64,000 bases of DNA from Pyrinomonadaceae bacterium (GTDB lineage: Bacteria; Acidobacteriota; Blastocatellia; Pyrinomonadales; Pyrinomonadaceae): assembly GCA_035273405.1 (NCBI GenBank), contig DATEPC010000108.1, forward strand, positions 12,126 through 76,125, written 5' to 3'. The notes under the pieces were generated by a model. It was not told the DNA's origin, did no database searches, and saw only the letters and a program-made list of their open reading frames with translations. This document shows, in pieces, positions 35,717 to 46,072 of this stretch (position 1 is the first letter of the stretch; the number at the start of each line of letters is the position of its first letter). A program made the position numbers and the translations under genes.

Positions 35717-36873
35717 CGATTCTCTAATTCCTTCGCACTCTTCTTCGTCGAATCGCTCTGCTCAGCGATTGGCGCGCCAGTGGAGCCGCCTATAGCACCG
35801 CCACCTTCCGGACGTTTGCGCGCGCGCTTGAGCCACGAAGCGATCTCATAGTTACCCAGGATGCCCTGGGGACGCGTAATCATGATGATGATTAGCATCA
35901 GCGCGTAAATGACCAGGCGATAGTTGTAAACGCCGCCGGGAAGCATACGCAGCACCTCCGGCACAAATGTGATCACCAAGGCTCCCAGCACGGCACCCGT
36001 AATCGAGCCCATTCCCCCGAGCACAATCATGATGATGATTTCGAACGAGCGCACAAACGTGAAGTCGTTCGGGTGCGGCAGTCGCCAGTGGCCATAGAGC
36101 GCGCCCGCCACTCCCGCGAACGCTGAGCTGATCACAAACGAAGTAACTTTGTAACGCGTGGTGTTGACACCCATCGCCTGCGCCGCCAACTCGTCTTCGC
36201 GAATGGAAATCAACGCGCGGCCCATGTCCGAATTCACGATGTTGTAGATGACCACGATCGTGATCACCGCGAGAAACCCTATCCAAAAGAAATTGGTGTA
36301 GGCAGGTATTGTGAGACGGCCCAGCGATGGATCGGAGCACGTTATATTCGTGATCGGATCGACGCAGCCCCGGAAGCCGGTGGCGCCTCCCACTTTATTC
36401 ATGTTCGTGATGACGATGCGGATAATCTCCGCGAAACCGAGTGTCGCAATCGCCAGGTAGTCTCCGCGCAAGCGCAGAGTCGGAATGCCGACAATCAATC
36501 CCGCCAGGGCCGCAGCCAGTGCGCCAATGATGATTACTAAGGCGAAGACAATCGCGGCCGCGACTGAGGCGCCAACCATTCCGGCCAGCCACTGCTCAAG
36601 TCCCTGGGTGTAATAGACAGTCATGAACGTCGACGAATAGGCGCCGACGGCCATGAAGCCGATATGTCCGATCGAGAATTGACCGGTAAAGCCGTTAATC
36701 AGATTGAGAGAGACCGCGAGGATGATGTTGATGCCCGCCATCTTCCAGAGATCAACCTGGTAGAGCGGAACGCCGAAACCAAACAGACCTGTCTTGCTCA
36801 TCGCCAGGTTCAGCGCGTAGAGCACGGCGATGATGATCAGCGCGATGAGGAAGCGTTTGACGAACGAAATCAT
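35713..36873 (-). CDS. livM: branched-chain amino acid ABC transporter permease LivM
   Basis: Polytopic permease (GQFSIGHIGFMAVGAY). Start taken at ATG 36873 (MISFVKRF) because the longer ORF runs into a REP-B copy. Has a charged C-terminal tail. Confidence 0.85.
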   Translation of the reverse strand: MISFVKRFLIALIIIAVLYALNLAMSKTGLFGFGVPLYQVDLWKMAGINIILAVSLNLINGFTGQFSIGHIGFMAVGAYSSTFMTVYYTQGLEQWLAGMVGASVAAAIVFALVIIIGALAAALAGLIVGIPTLRLRGDYLAIATLGFAEIIRIVITNMNKVGGATGFRGCVDPITNITCSDPSLGRLTIPAYTNFFWIGFLAVITIVVIYNIVNSDMGRALISIREDELAAQAMGVNTTRYKVTSFVISSAFAGVAGALYGHWRLPHPNDFTFVRSFEIIIMIVLGGMGSITGAVLGALVITFVPEVLRMLPGGVYNYRLVIYALMLIIIMITRPQGILGNYEIASWLKRARKRPEGGGAIGGSTGAPIAEQSDSTKKSAKELENR

Positions 36874-36896
36874 GTTTTCGGTAAAGCCCAACTTAC

Positions 36897-36947
36897 GTGG
36901 CACGCGCATTCTGCGCGTGGGTTTCACGGGCGAGACGCCCGTGCCAC
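36897..36947. repeat. REP-B copy, reverse orientation, diverged loops
   Basis: gtggcacgcgcattctgcgcgtgggtttcacgggcgagacgcccgtgccac. Confidence 0.65.
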
Positions 36948-36993
36948 TTTTTGAATTAGGCCACAGCGCGGCCGCTGTCTTCCTGGGATGGCT

Positions 36994-37905
36994 TTAAACT
37001 TTCTCCTGCACGGTCGTGCCCAGAATGCCTGACGGACGAATTAACAGAACCAGAATCAGAATGGCGAAAGCGACTGCATCACGATAAGTTGACTGGATGC
37101 CGATGTTGCTGCCGTAGCCGACGACCATCGTCTCAGCGACGCCAATCAGCAGCCCGCCGAGCACCGCGCCCGGAATATTTCCAATGCCGCCGAGCACGGC
37201 CGCCACGAACGCTTTCAATCCGGTCGTGATGCCCATCAGCGGATCGATTGTCGGGCTGTATTGCGCGGTCAGGACGCCGCCCGCCGCCGCCAGCGCCGAA
37301 CCCAAGGCGAACGTAAACATGATGATCGCATCGGTATTGATGCCCATCAGCTTGGCCGAATTCAGGTTGAACGAAACTGCGCGCATCGCGGTGCCGACTT
37401 TTGTCTTAAAAATAATCCATTGCAGGATCACCATTAGCGCAATGGAAACGGCGAAAATCAAAATTTGCGATTTCGAGATGGCGGCGTTTCCGAACAGAGC
37501 GAAATTCGTGTCATTGATCAGTTGCGGAAAGCCGCGTCCCTGGCCGCCGAACAGCGCGACGAACAGGTTTTCCAGCAACAGCGACACTCCGATCGCAGTA
37601 ATCAGAGACGTCATCCGAGCGTATTTTCTGACTGGTCGATACGCCAGGCGTTCCATTGCCATTCCGACTAGAGCCGCGACTACCATCGATCCGATCAGCA
37701 CAAATAAAAGGCCGCCCCACGACGGCCCCAATCCTAGTTTCAGCGCAATGAAATAGCCGGCAAACGCGCCGACCATGTAAATGTCGCCGTGCGCGAAATT
37801 AATCAGACGAAGAATGCCATAAACCATCGTGTAGCCGAGCGCAATCAGCGCATAGATGGCTCCGATGTTTAGGCCGTTGATTAGCTGCTGAACGAAAGTG
37901 TCCAT
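36994..37905 (-). CDS. livH: branched-chain amino acid ABC transporter permease LivH
   Basis: MDTFVQQLINGLNIGAIYALIALGYTMVYG is the typical LivH N-terminus. Confidence 0.9.
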   Translation of the reverse strand: MDTFVQQLINGLNIGAIYALIALGYTMVYGILRLINFAHGDIYMVGAFAGYFIALKLGLGPSWGGLLFVLIGSMVVAALVGMAMERLAYRPVRKYARMTSLITAIGVSLLLENLFVALFGGQGRGFPQLINDTNFALFGNAAISKSQILIFAVSIALMVILQWIIFKTKVGTAMRAVSFNLNSAKLMGINTDAIIMFTFALGSALAAAGGVLTAQYSPTIDPLMGITTGLKAFVAAVLGGIGNIPGAVLGGLLIGVAETMVVGYGSNIGIQSTYRDAVAFAILILVLLIRPSGILGTTVQEKV

Positions 37906-37921
37906 CTTGAGACTCTTGTTA

Positions 37922-37994
37922 CAGAACCGCGAGCGGTAGTGAACGGGTAAAACGCATCTTGCTCTTTATCCCGCTCCCTATCGTCGCGGTTCTG
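37922..37994. repeat. REP-A-like inverted doublet in the livK-livH spacer
   Basis: cagaaccgcgagcggtagtgaacggg ... cccgctccctatcgtcgcggttctg. Confidence 0.55.
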
Positions 37995-38004
37995 TATTAC
38001 GTTC

Positions 38005-39156
38005 TTACGGCGCGATCGTTTCTTTGTAAACGAACTGCTTGTTGCGAAGCTCGAGCACGACTGCCGACTTCACCGCGTTGCGCTCTTCATTGAGGCTGAT
38101 GATGCCGGTGATGCCCTTGAAGTCCCTGGTCGTGGCAATCGCATTCCGCAGCGCAGCGCACTCAGTTCCGTTCGCGCGCTTAATTGAGTCGGCCAGGACC
38201 ATCATTGCGTCGTAGCCAAGTGCGGCCAGCGCGTCAGGTGCGGTACCGTTGTATTTCGCTTTGAAGCGTTTGACGAAGTCCTGAATCACTGGCGTCGGAT
38301 CGTCAACCGAATAGTGGTTCGAGATGAAGCTGCCGTTCAAAGAGTCTCCACCCAGGTCCCAGAGCTGCGGCGAGTCCCAACCATCACCGCCGAGCAACGG
38401 CGCTGTAATTCCCAATTGCTTCGTCTGCTTGGCGATGACGCCGACTTCCTGATAGTAGCCGGGAACATAAATCACATCCGGTTTCAGATCGCGAATGGCC
38501 GTTAACTGGCCGGTGAAATCGCGGTCGCGTTGCGCGTAGGCTTTCTCAGTGACGATCTCGCCGCCGAGTTTCGTGAAAGCCGCTTTGAAGAACTGAACCA
38601 GGCCCTTGCTGTAGTCAGAATTCGAATCAAACAGAATCGCGGCCTTTTTCGCTTTTAAACTGTTGGCCGCAAACTTGGCCATCACCTCCCCCTGAAATGG
38701 ATCGATGAAGCAGACACGGAAGATGTAATCGCCTACCTGCGTGACTTTCGGGTTCGTCGAAGACGGCGAAATCATCGGCACCTTGGCTTCCTGGGCGTGG
38801 GGGGCAGCAGCCAGGCTGTTTGAAGAAGCGACTTCGCCGATTAGTGCTCGCACCTGATCCTGATTGATCAGTTTCGTCACGACGGTGGCGGCTTTGCCCG
38901 GTTCGCCCTGATCGTCTTCATGAATGAGTTGCACCTGACGGCCGTTAATGCCGCCCGCCGCATTGATCTCATCGGCCGCCATCTGCGAGCCGTTCTTCGT
39001 TGATTGGCCAAAGCTGGACGTCTGTCCAGTCAGGTCGCCATATACGCCAATCTTGATCGTGCCGCCGGGATCGGCGCAGTTACCGCCACGGCGCGTGCAG
39101 GTCGCCGACGCGAACACAGCAGTAATCAGGGTCAATGCGATGAGAATCCGTTTCAT
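38005..39156 (-). CDS. branched-chain amino acid ABC transporter substrate-binding lipoprotein (LivJ/K-like)
   Basis: Lipobox (FASATC). Type I periplasmic binding fold pattern (IKIGVYGDLTGQTSSFG, ALIGEVASS). Confidence 0.88.
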   Translation of the reverse strand: MKRILIALTLITAVFASATCTRRGGNCADPGGTIKIGVYGDLTGQTSSFGQSTKNGSQMAADEINAAGGINGRQVQLIHEDDQGEPGKAATVVTKLINQDQVRALIGEVASSNSLAAAPHAQEAKVPMISPSSTNPKVTQVGDYIFRVCFIDPFQGEVMAKFAANSLKAKKAAILFDSNSDYSKGLVQFFKAAFTKLGGEIVTEKAYAQRDRDFTGQLTAIRDLKPDVIYVPGYYQEVGVIAKQTKQLGITAPLLGGDGWDSPQLWDLGGDSLNGSFISNHYSVDDPTPVIQDFVKRFKAKYNGTAPDALAALGYDAMMVLADSIKRANGTECAALRNAIATTRDFKGITGIISLNEERNAVKSAVVLELRNKQFVYKETIAP

Positions 39157-39263
39157 AGTTCACCTCACAGAGCGTTTCAGGCCAAGCTTTCGGTTTTGCG
39201 GACAGCATCATAGCGGCGAGTCTCGGAATTAGGCAAACTCATTGTGGGCCCCGGTAATAAAAA

Positions 39264-39312
39264 GTGGCACGGGCGTCCCGCCCGTGAATCACGCGCAGGA
39301 TGCGCGTGCCAC
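39264..39312. repeat. REP-B double-hairpin element
   Basis: 49 nt identical to 20271-20319. Confidence 0.8.
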
Positions 39313-39410
39313 TTCCGGCGAACGAAATGGTTCGGGTTCTGCCCGGTAATCGAATACAATCGTGGCGCTCTGGGGAGCGCCCTGGGAGCGCAGGCATCTT
39401 GCCCGCTCTT

Positions 39411-39439
39411 ACCCAACCGCTATCGCAGGTGGCACTGAC
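39411..39439. repeat. degenerate REP-A copy
   Basis: acccaaccgctatcgcaggtggcactgac, immediately upstream of the PLD gene start. Confidence 0.45.
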
Positions 39440-39443
39440 TTGG

Positions 39444-40523
39444 ATGGCTGTAGAACTTCTCGTCAATTTCAATGAATTCTGGTCGCGCTTACGCGCGGAC
39501 ATAGCGCGCGCTCACGAGTCGGTGTTGGTCCAGACGTTTGCGCTGGAAGGCGATTCAGTCGGCAAACAATTGGCGGAAGCTCTGCTGTCGTCGCCGGCGC
39601 AGGACAAGCGAGTGCTGGCCGATTCGTTTACGCGGCTTGTTTTGAGTGATCGGTTTCGCTATTCCCCGGCGAACATTCTCGACCGCGAATTGCAATCTGA
39701 AGCGCGAGAGACCGCCGCGATGCGAAGAAAGTTAGAGGCGGCAGGAATCAAGATCAGATTCACGAACGCTTACCGCCCCACGCCACGCACTCTGCTGAGC
39801 CGCAATCACAAAAAGCTGATCGTGATCGACGGATCAACGGCGTATATCGGCGGTATCAACTTCAGTGAGCACAACGCGGCGTGGCACGACATGATGCTGC
39901 GGATTGACGACGCGGACGCGGTCGCGTTCCTGCGAAAAGATTTCCTTTCGACCTGGAGCGGCGGCGACCGGTTCGCGCACGGTGAATTCCCCGAGCTCGA
40001 ACTGTTCACGCTTGACGGTCGCGACAACCGGCGCGCGTTCCAGCGCGTGCTTAACCTGATTGATGGCGCTCGCCGTAGCGTCTTTGTCGAGAGCCCTTAC
40101 ATCACGTTTCCGTTTTACGAACGCTTGCGCGTGGCGGCAGATCGCGGCGTCAACGTGAAAGTTGTAACGCCGGGGCAAAACAACTGGAGTTACTTCGCGA
40201 ATTACGCGCGGCGTGAATCGGCCCGATCAGAAATCGATCTGAGGTTGTACCAACGGGGAATGAGCCACCTAAAAGCGATGCTGATCGATGAAGAGGTGCT
40301 AATTGCCGGCTCTTCAAATTTTGATTACTTGAGTTACCGGCTTTATCAGGAAATCCTCGGCGTCTTCACCGGCCAGGCGTTGATTTCCGATTTTCGCCAA
40401 CGCGTGATGCTGCCCGATGTGGCGAACAGCGTCGCGGTCGATTGTCACGCCACTGCCTTCGACCTTCGTTGGTTGAATTGGCAGAACCGGCTCATCGATT
40501 TCGCGGTGACCACGCTGACGTGA
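39444..40523 (+). CDS. phospholipase D-family protein with two HKD motifs (ClsB/PLD-nuclease-like)
   Basis: HKKLIVIDGSTAYIGGINF and HLKAMLIDEEVLIAGSSNFD. Start taken at ATG 39444 because upstream ORF codons are REP-encoded. No TM segments. Confidence 0.75.
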   Translation: MAVELLVNFNEFWSRLRADIARAHESVLVQTFALEGDSVGKQLAEALLSSPAQDKRVLADSFTRLVLSDRFRYSPANILDRELQSEARETAAMRRKLEAAGIKIRFTNAYRPTPRTLLSRNHKKLIVIDGSTAYIGGINFSEHNAAWHDMMLRIDDADAVAFLRKDFLSTWSGGDRFAHGEFPELELFTLDGRDNRRAFQRVLNLIDGARRSVFVESPYITFPFYERLRVAADRGVNVKVVTPGQNNWSYFANYARRESARSEIDLRLYQRGMSHLKAMLIDEEVLIAGSSNFDYLSYRLYQEILGVFTGQALISDFRQRVMLPDVANSVAVDCHATAFDLRWLNWQNRLIDFAVTTLT

Positions 40524-40529
40524 AATACC

Positions 40530-40588
40530 GTGGCACAGACTTCAGTCTGTGATTATCGCGAGCATCCACAGACTAACGTCTGTGCCAC
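40530..40588. repeat. REP-B-like element with different inner hairpins
   Basis: gtggcacagacttcagtctgtg-attatcgcgagcatc-cacagactaacgtctgtgccac. Has the same GTGGCAC/GTGCCAC outer clamp as REP-B. Confidence 0.6.
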
Positions 40589-40625
40589 TCTTCTCACCGC
40601 TTATCCATTGGAAAAACAAAATCAT

Positions 40626-40771
40626 TCTCATTCACACCTCGCTTCAGTGAGGTGTTATTGCGCGGATACACAGACCAGAACCGTTTTAACGGTTTCATTG
40701 AAGCCGTTGAAACGGCTGGACGATAATCAACGGGTCTCCAACCACCTTGCTAAAACGAGGTGTGAATGAGA
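40626..40771 (+). mobile_element. MITE-like element D, copy 1 (about 146 bp, 16-bp terminal inverted repeats)
   Basis: The TIRs are tctcattcacacctcg ... cgaggtgtgaatgaga. Subterminal hairpins cacctcgcttcagtgaggtg. Internal ccgttttaacgg and ccgttgaaacgg. Confidence 0.7.
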
Positions 40772-40788
40772 ATCAGTTTTTTCAGAAA

Positions 40789-41571
40789 TCAGTGAGCGAC
40801 CTTTTTGTTGACTGAAGTAATGTCGCTGGCTTTCCATGATCGGTGATTGAAGACGTATACGCGGCGGCCCGGTTTGAACTTAATGTCGAGCGGCTCATCG
40901 ACCGCGATGCCGTAACTTTTTTGGCAGAGCGGCTCGCGAAAGTCTTCGCCAGAGGACAGGAGGTTCTTGATCGTTCGGTCGTCAGCACCCATGCGGAAAA
41001 TCATGGGCACGGCTTCGTCCACGGGCAAATCCGAGAGCCACCGATCGCCGACACAAAAGGACGCGAGCGCCGTTATCGATAGCGCCAGGTTGTCCGGCAA
41101 CTTCGCGCGCACGTCGTGCAGCAGCGCGCGATAGAAGTTGCGTTCGGAGCTGGTGGCGTCGAAATCGATCTGAATTGCCGACACGTTGCGAAGCTGCATC
41201 GTCCGCAGAACCAGTTCGACGATTTTCTTACGTTGCGAGTCACTCAGGGCAGCGTGTTCGCCGGTGTTCTTCTGTGATTCAATGCGCGTGACGGCCATCA
41301 ACTTCGTCTCAGGCGAGACATCGAGCGGCTGATGTCGCGGACTCAAGATGACGTCGTCATTCTTCAGCGCGAGTGTTTGCGCCAGGAACGCGACCGCAAA
41401 ACGGTTCGGATCTACTGACTTCAGATCTTCCGGCCGTTCCCACGCCCACAGAACGACGCGGGGAAAATAATTTTCGTCCAGGCGGTTCCTGTTTTGATCT
41501 CTCGGTTGGCAACTGGCCAGCATCACGAGCGTAAGCCCACCCACTACGCCCAGCTTACTTTTGAGTCGCAT
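40789..41571 (-). CDS. hypothetical lipoprotein
   Basis: Start ATG 41571 (MRLKSKLGVVGGLTLVMLASC lipobox). The IQIDFDATSSE block hints at a TIM-barrel-like fold. No firm family. Confidence 0.45.
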   Translation of the reverse strand: MRLKSKLGVVGGLTLVMLASCQPRDQNRNRLDENYFPRVVLWAWERPEDLKSVDPNRFAVAFLAQTLALKNDDVILSPRHQPLDVSPETKLMAVTRIESQKNTGEHAALSDSQRKKIVELVLRTMQLRNVSAIQIDFDATSSERNFYRALLHDVRAKLPDNLALSITALASFCVGDRWLSDLPVDEAVPMIFRMGADDRTIKNLLSSGEDFREPLCQKSYGIAVDEPLDIKFKPGRRVYVFNHRSWKASDITSVNKKVAH

Positions 41572-41744
41572 CGAATTGCATGGTAACGACAGCGACGATA
41601 ATGCGCCAGAAGCTTCGCAGTAATGAGATATAAACCTCAGTGAGAACTCGGATGAACCACACGAGACGATTGTGCTAATCGAAAGTTTCCCTGGTGATAG
41701 AATGCTCAACCTTGAGAGCGAATTGTCGCGAATGGAGCAGCATT

Positions 41745-43499
41745 ATGAGAGTTACTGACAGCGTCAAGTTTTCCCTGGCCACACTTACGTTGAGTTTGTT
41801 GTTTGGCCTCACTAACGTGGTGGCTCAAACCTCAGCCTCCCAGGCTACCTCGCTGCCTTCTTACCAATTGAGATTTGGCGCCTTTACAGCGCGGTTCGAT
41901 CCCGGCGGCACTTTTACCCTGCAAGGCCAGGGCTGGCCGGCTTTGAATGGCAATTGGAAGAGCGGGGGCTCCGCTGAGGTTGAGTTGATGATGTCTGGCG
42001 GACCCGGTGGTTGCGATGGGCCCGGGCGTTATCAATTCCGGATGGATGGAAAGCAAATCAAGTTCACAGTCCTCTCAGATGATTGTCGCGTGCGACGAAT
42101 GATTCTCGACGGCAGTGACTGGTCGCCCGCCGACGAGACGAAAGTGATCCCCACACGCAAGATCAAACTGACGAATGCGGGCCGGGCGCCGTCACGCGCT
42201 CGTTCGGGGTCAGCCGCGGGAAGCTGGCCGTCGTTTCGAGGACATCGAGCATTGGGCATCGCCGAAGGTCAAAACCTACCCGATCAATGGAACACCAAGA
42301 CCGGCGAGAACATTTTGTGGCGGACGCCGATACCCGGGCTCGCGCACTCAAGCCCGATCGTTTGGGGGGACAAGATATTTGTCACCACAGCGATTAGCAG
42401 TGATCCAAAAGCGACGTTTCGCCCCGGTTTGTATGGCGATGGCGACGCGTCAAAGGATCGCTCGGTTCACAAATGGATGATCTATGCGATCGACAAACAA
42501 AGCGGAAAGATCGCGTGGGAACGTGTGGCCCACCAGGGCCAGCCAATCGAGAAACGACACATCAAAGCGACTTATGCTAATGCGACGCCGGCGACCGATG
42601 GCCGCATCGTGGTGGCGTGGTTCGGATCGCAGGGTGTTCATGCCTACGACGTCAACGGCAAGTTTCTTTGGAAAGTCGATCTGGGCCGCGTGGACATGGG
42701 CGCCTATGACATCCCCACCTATGAATGGGGACCGGCCAGTTCTCCGATTATCTGGAAAGATCTGGTCATCATCCAGTGCGACACTCAGACTGATTCCTTT
42801 CTGATCGCGCTTGATTCGGCCACGGGGAAGACTGTCTGGAAAACTGACCGTGAGGAGCTGCCATCGTGGGGCACGCCGACAGTCGCTGACACTTCAGCCG
42901 GAACTCAACTGTTAACCAACGCCTCGAACTTCATTCGCGCTTACGACCCGCGTACTGGAAAAGAGTTGTGGCGCCTTGGGCGCAGCTCAAAGATTACCGC
43001 GCCTACGCCTTTCGTCAGCGATGACCTGATCGTAGTCGCCAGCGGACGCGGTCCGGAACGACCGATTTTCGTCGTGCGGCCAAACGCTCGCGGAGACATC
43101 ACGCTGGCCGATGGCAAGACAGCCAGCGAGACGATCGCCTGGAGCCGCACGGGCCGCGGATCTTACATGCCGACGCCGCTCGTCTACCAGGGGCGGCTTT
43201 ACGTGCTGGCCAATAACGGCACCTTTGACGCCTACAACTTGAAGACCGGCGAAGAGGTTTATCGCCAGCGCCTGCCGGCAATCGGCAGTGGCTACAGCGC
43301 GTCACCCGTGGCGGCAGACAGCAAGATTTATCTGACGAATGAAGACGGTGAAATTGTGGTCGTCGGAGCGGGAGATAAGTTCACTCACATCGCCACCAAT
43401 TCGATGGGCGAACTCCTCATGGCCACTCCAGCATTGTCCGAAGGCGTGATGTACGTTCGGTCGTCGCAGAGTTTGTTTGCGATTGGTAGGAAGCGGTAA
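41745..43499 (+). CDS. PQQ-like beta-propeller repeat protein with an extra N-terminal domain
   Basis: Signal peptide present. Repeated blades ([58 protein letters not shown]). Confidence 0.75.
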   Translation: MRVTDSVKFSLATLTLSLLFGLTNVVAQTSASQATSLPSYQLRFGAFTARFDPGGTFTLQGQGWPALNGNWKSGGSAEVELMMSGGPGGCDGPGRYQFRMDGKQIKFTVLSDDCRVRRMILDGSDWSPADETKVIPTRKIKLTNAGRAPSRARSGSAAGSWPSFRGHRALGIAEGQNLPDQWNTKTGENILWRTPIPGLAHSSPIVWGDKIFVTTAISSDPKATFRPGLYGDGDASKDRSVHKWMIYAIDKQSGKIAWERVAHQGQPIEKRHIKATYANATPATDGRIVVAWFGSQGVHAYDVNGKFLWKVDLGRVDMGAYDIPTYEWGPASSPIIWKDLVIIQCDTQTDSFLIALDSATGKTVWKTDREELPSWGTPTVADTSAGTQLLTNASNFIRAYDPRTGKELWRLGRSSKITAPTPFVSDDLIVVASGRGPERPIFVVRPNARGDITLADGKTASETIAWSRTGRGSYMPTPLVYQGRLYVLANNGTFDAYNLKTGEEVYRQRLPAIGSGYSASPVAADSKIYLTNEDGEIVVVGAGDKFTHIATNSMGELLMATPALSEGVMYVRSSQSLFAIGRKR

Positions 43500-43523
43500 T
43501 TCGTTTGCGAAGCTTCAACGCTC

Positions 43524-43672
43524 TCTCATTCACACTCGCTTCAGCGAGGTGATTAGAGTGAGCGTGAAATACGCCAGCCGTTTTAACGGCTTTCTCAAAA
43601 AAACCGTTGAAACGGTTCCCGGTTAATCTCTTTGGCCTTTTGTCACCTCGCTGAAGCGAGGTGTGAATGAGA
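43524..43672 (+). mobile_element. MITE-like element D, copy 2 (same orientation)
   Basis: tctcattcacactcg ... cgaggtgtgaatgaga with the same internal ccgttttaacgg / ccgttgaaacgg blocks. Ends 1 nt before the lipA stop codon. Confidence 0.7.
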
Positions 43673-43673
43673 C

Positions 43674-44579
43674 TTACTCATCCGATCCACTGGCTTGCTC
43701 ACGCGCGTGATAAGAAGAGCGGGTTAGCGGGCTGGACTGCACGTGCTTGAATCCCATCGACATGCCGATGTCGCGCCAGCGATCGAATTCCGGAGGTGTA
43801 ACGTAACGTTCGACGGGCAAACGGCGCGCGTGCGGTTGCAGGTACTGGCCGATGGTCATGATGTCGCACGACGCGGCGCGCAGATCTTTCATCAGCTCTA
43901 CTACTTCATCGAATTCTTCGCCAAGGCCGACCATGATGCCGCTCTTCGTCAACATAGAATTCTGTTCACGATCGCGACGCGCACCGGCACGCTGGAGTAA
44001 CGTCATAGACTGCTGGTAAACAGCATCAGGGCGAACACGACGGTACAGCCGCGCAATTGTCTCAGTGTTGTGATTCAACACGTCGGGTTCGGCATCAAGA
44101 ACGGTGTTCAGCGCGTCTTCATCGCCGTTGAAATCGGGAATCAGGACTTCGACTTTGCATTCGGGATTGAGCGCGCGCACTTCGCGAATCGTTTCAGCCC
44201 AGTGCGCGGCGCCGCCATCCGGCAAATCGTCGCGATTCACCGAAGTAATCACTGTGTGCGCAAGATTCAAGTGGCGCACGGCTTCGGCGACGTGACGTGG
44301 CTCGTCCGTGTCGAGGGCGTTCGGCGCGCCTTTGCCCACCGCGCAAAACCCGCAATGCCGCGTGCAGATGTCGCCCCCGAGCATGAACGTCGCCGTGCGA
44401 TCCGACCAGCATTCAAAAATATTCGGGCAACGTGCTTCCTGACAGACCGTATGCAGGTTTAACCCTTCGATCAGCTTCAGCAGGTGATTCTGGTTCGTCG
44501 GATCGCCCAGACGGATGCGCAGCCAATCAGGTTTAGGCTGACGAGGTTTTGTATTTAGGACTCGAAGTTCGCGGGCCAA
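43674..44579 (-). CDS. lipA: lipoyl synthase
   Basis: CEEARCPNIFEC and radical-SAM CTRHCGFCAV motifs. Confidence 0.92.
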   Translation of the reverse strand: MARELRVLNTKPRQPKPDWLRIRLGDPTNQNHLLKLIEGLNLHTVCQEARCPNIFECWSDRTATFMLGGDICTRHCGFCAVGKGAPNALDTDEPRHVAEAVRHLNLAHTVITSVNRDDLPDGGAAHWAETIREVRALNPECKVEVLIPDFNGDEDALNTVLDAEPDVLNHNTETIARLYRRVRPDAVYQQSMTLLQRAGARRDREQNSMLTKSGIMVGLGEEFDEVVELMKDLRAASCDIMTIGQYLQPHARRLPVERYVTPPEFDRWRDIGMSMGFKHVQSSPLTRSSYHAREQASGSDE

Positions 44580-44653
44580 GTTTGTTTGCCTCTGCTTTTT
44601 AGCAAAAACATTCTAGCATCCGCGTCTCGTGATCGGCATCCAAGGCAAAAAGG

Positions 44654-44728
44654 GCCACAGATGGACACAGATAAACACAGATCGAAATTAGTTCCTCTTA
44701 TCTGTGCAAATCTGTGTTCATCCGTGGC
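44654..44728. repeat. REP-I inverted pair (CACAGAT-rich)
   Basis: gccacagatggacacagataaacacagat ... atctgtgcaaatctgtgttcatccgtggc. Confidence 0.6.
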
Positions 44729-44749
44729 TGACAGTCTTACGGAGGACAT

Positions 44750-45316
44750 ATGAAACGAATCTTGATTTCGACGGCAGCAGTCGTGGCTCTGCTTGCGACT
44801 TTCGTGTTTGCATTTGGCGATGTTCCCCGGCCGAAACCAACGAAGCCAACCGAACCAGTCAGACAGATAACCGTAAACAGCTCACTGACCATTACGTCTG
44901 ACAGCAAAGCCTACGACGCGAGAATACAAATCCCGGCAGAGACGCTGAAAGAGCTCAATGAGGCGGTGCAAAGGGGAGACGATTCAGGCTCGCTGATGCA
45001 AAGCATTAAGCACAGCTCGAGCCGCACGGTGATGGCCGGCCTCTTCATGTTTCTTGCAGTGTCGTTCGCCGGTGTTTGGCTGGCCCGTTCGAATCAGCGA
45101 CGCAACGTGAAAGCCGTCGCGGCCGTGATGGTGATCGCATTTGTTTTTGGACTGGCGACGCTGATCGTGCGCGCGAATGCGGGCCCGCCGGGATACGTTC
45201 GGTGGCGCAACCTGGCGCAAGCTTTGAAGGAAGGCAAAGAAACCAGCGCCGATGTCTCAATCGAGATCGTTCCCGGCGATGGAGACATTAAGGTGATCAT
45301 CCCGGTGCGGAATTAG
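44750..45316 (+). CDS. hypothetical membrane-anchored secreted protein, tandem paralog 1
   Basis: Signal peptide, PRPKPTKPTEP stretch, two TM helices (MAGLFMFLAVSFAGVWLARS; AAVMVIAFVFGLATLIV), and a C-terminal EIVPGDGDIKVIIPVRN. Confidence 0.5.
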   Translation: MKRILISTAAVVALLATFVFAFGDVPRPKPTKPTEPVRQITVNSSLTITSDSKAYDARIQIPAETLKELNEAVQRGDDSGSLMQSIKHSSSRTVMAGLFMFLAVSFAGVWLARSNQRRNVKAVAAVMVIAFVFGLATLIVRANAGPPGYVRWRNLAQALKEGKETSADVSIEIVPGDGDIKVIIPVRN

Positions 45317-45317
45317 C

Positions 45318-45351
45318 GTCAGTACCACCTGCGGTAGCGGGTGGGTTGAAC
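45318..45351. repeat. REP-A copy between the tandem paralogs
   Basis: gtcagtaccacctgcggtagcgggtgggttgaac. It is followed by two small hairpins (ccggcaaggatgccgg; gcacgcaaggatgcgtgc). Confidence 0.65.
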
Positions 45352-45452
45352 TCGCGAGAGCAGAACCGGCAAGGATGCCGGTGGTCCGCACGCAAGGATG
45401 CGTGCGCTCCAGTTCTCCTGCGCTATACTGCGCCGAATTCAAGGAGGAGATT

Positions 45453-46037
45453 ATGAAGCGAATTCTCATTCCGACAGCGGCGATTGGAGCTCTGCTCACG
45501 ACCTTTGTGTTTGCCTTCGGTGATATCGCTCGGCCGAGGCCGACGACGCCGACTGAACCGCATGGACAAATAGTCCTTCACACCGCGCTGACTATTATGT
45601 CGGACAGCAAAACCTCGGAGGCGCGACTGCAAATCTCGGCAGAAACTCTGAAGGCGATTAATGAGTCTGTGCAAAGTAAAGACGGCTCGGCTTCGCTGAT
45701 GCAAAGCATCACGCACAGCTCGACGCGCACGATGATGGCCGGTCTGTTCATGTTTCTCGCCGTTTCGTTCGCGGGTGTTTGGCTCGCGCGATCGAATCAG
45801 CGTCGCAATGTGAAAGCCATCGCCGCGGTGCTGGTGATTGCGTTCGTATTCGGAGCGGCGACCATCATTGTGCGCGCCAACGCCGGACCCCCGGGATACG
45901 TTCGCTGGCAGAACTTGCCGCAAGCTTTGAAAGACGGCAAAGCGACGACCGCGGGTGTTGATATCGAGATCGTTCCCGGCGATGGTCAGATTAGGCTGAT
46001 CGTCCCGTTGCGCAACACGAATAGACAGGGCGAGTAG
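45453..46037 (+). CDS. hypothetical membrane-anchored secreted protein, tandem paralog 2
   Basis: ATG 45453 is preceded by AAGGAGGAG. Collinear with paralog 1. MAGLFMFLAVSFAGVWLARSNQRRNVKA is identical at protein level while the DNA differs at synonymous sites. Confidence 0.5.
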   Translation: MKRILIPTAAIGALLTTFVFAFGDIARPRPTTPTEPHGQIVLHTALTIMSDSKTSEARLQISAETLKAINESVQSKDGSASLMQSITHSSTRTMMAGLFMFLAVSFAGVWLARSNQRRNVKAIAAVLVIAFVFGAATIIVRANAGPPGYVRWQNLPQALKDGKATTAGVDIEIVPGDGQIRLIVPLRNTNRQGE

Positions 46038-46072
46038 GTCAGAGCTGGTGCGGTCGGTGACTGTGCTTTGGA

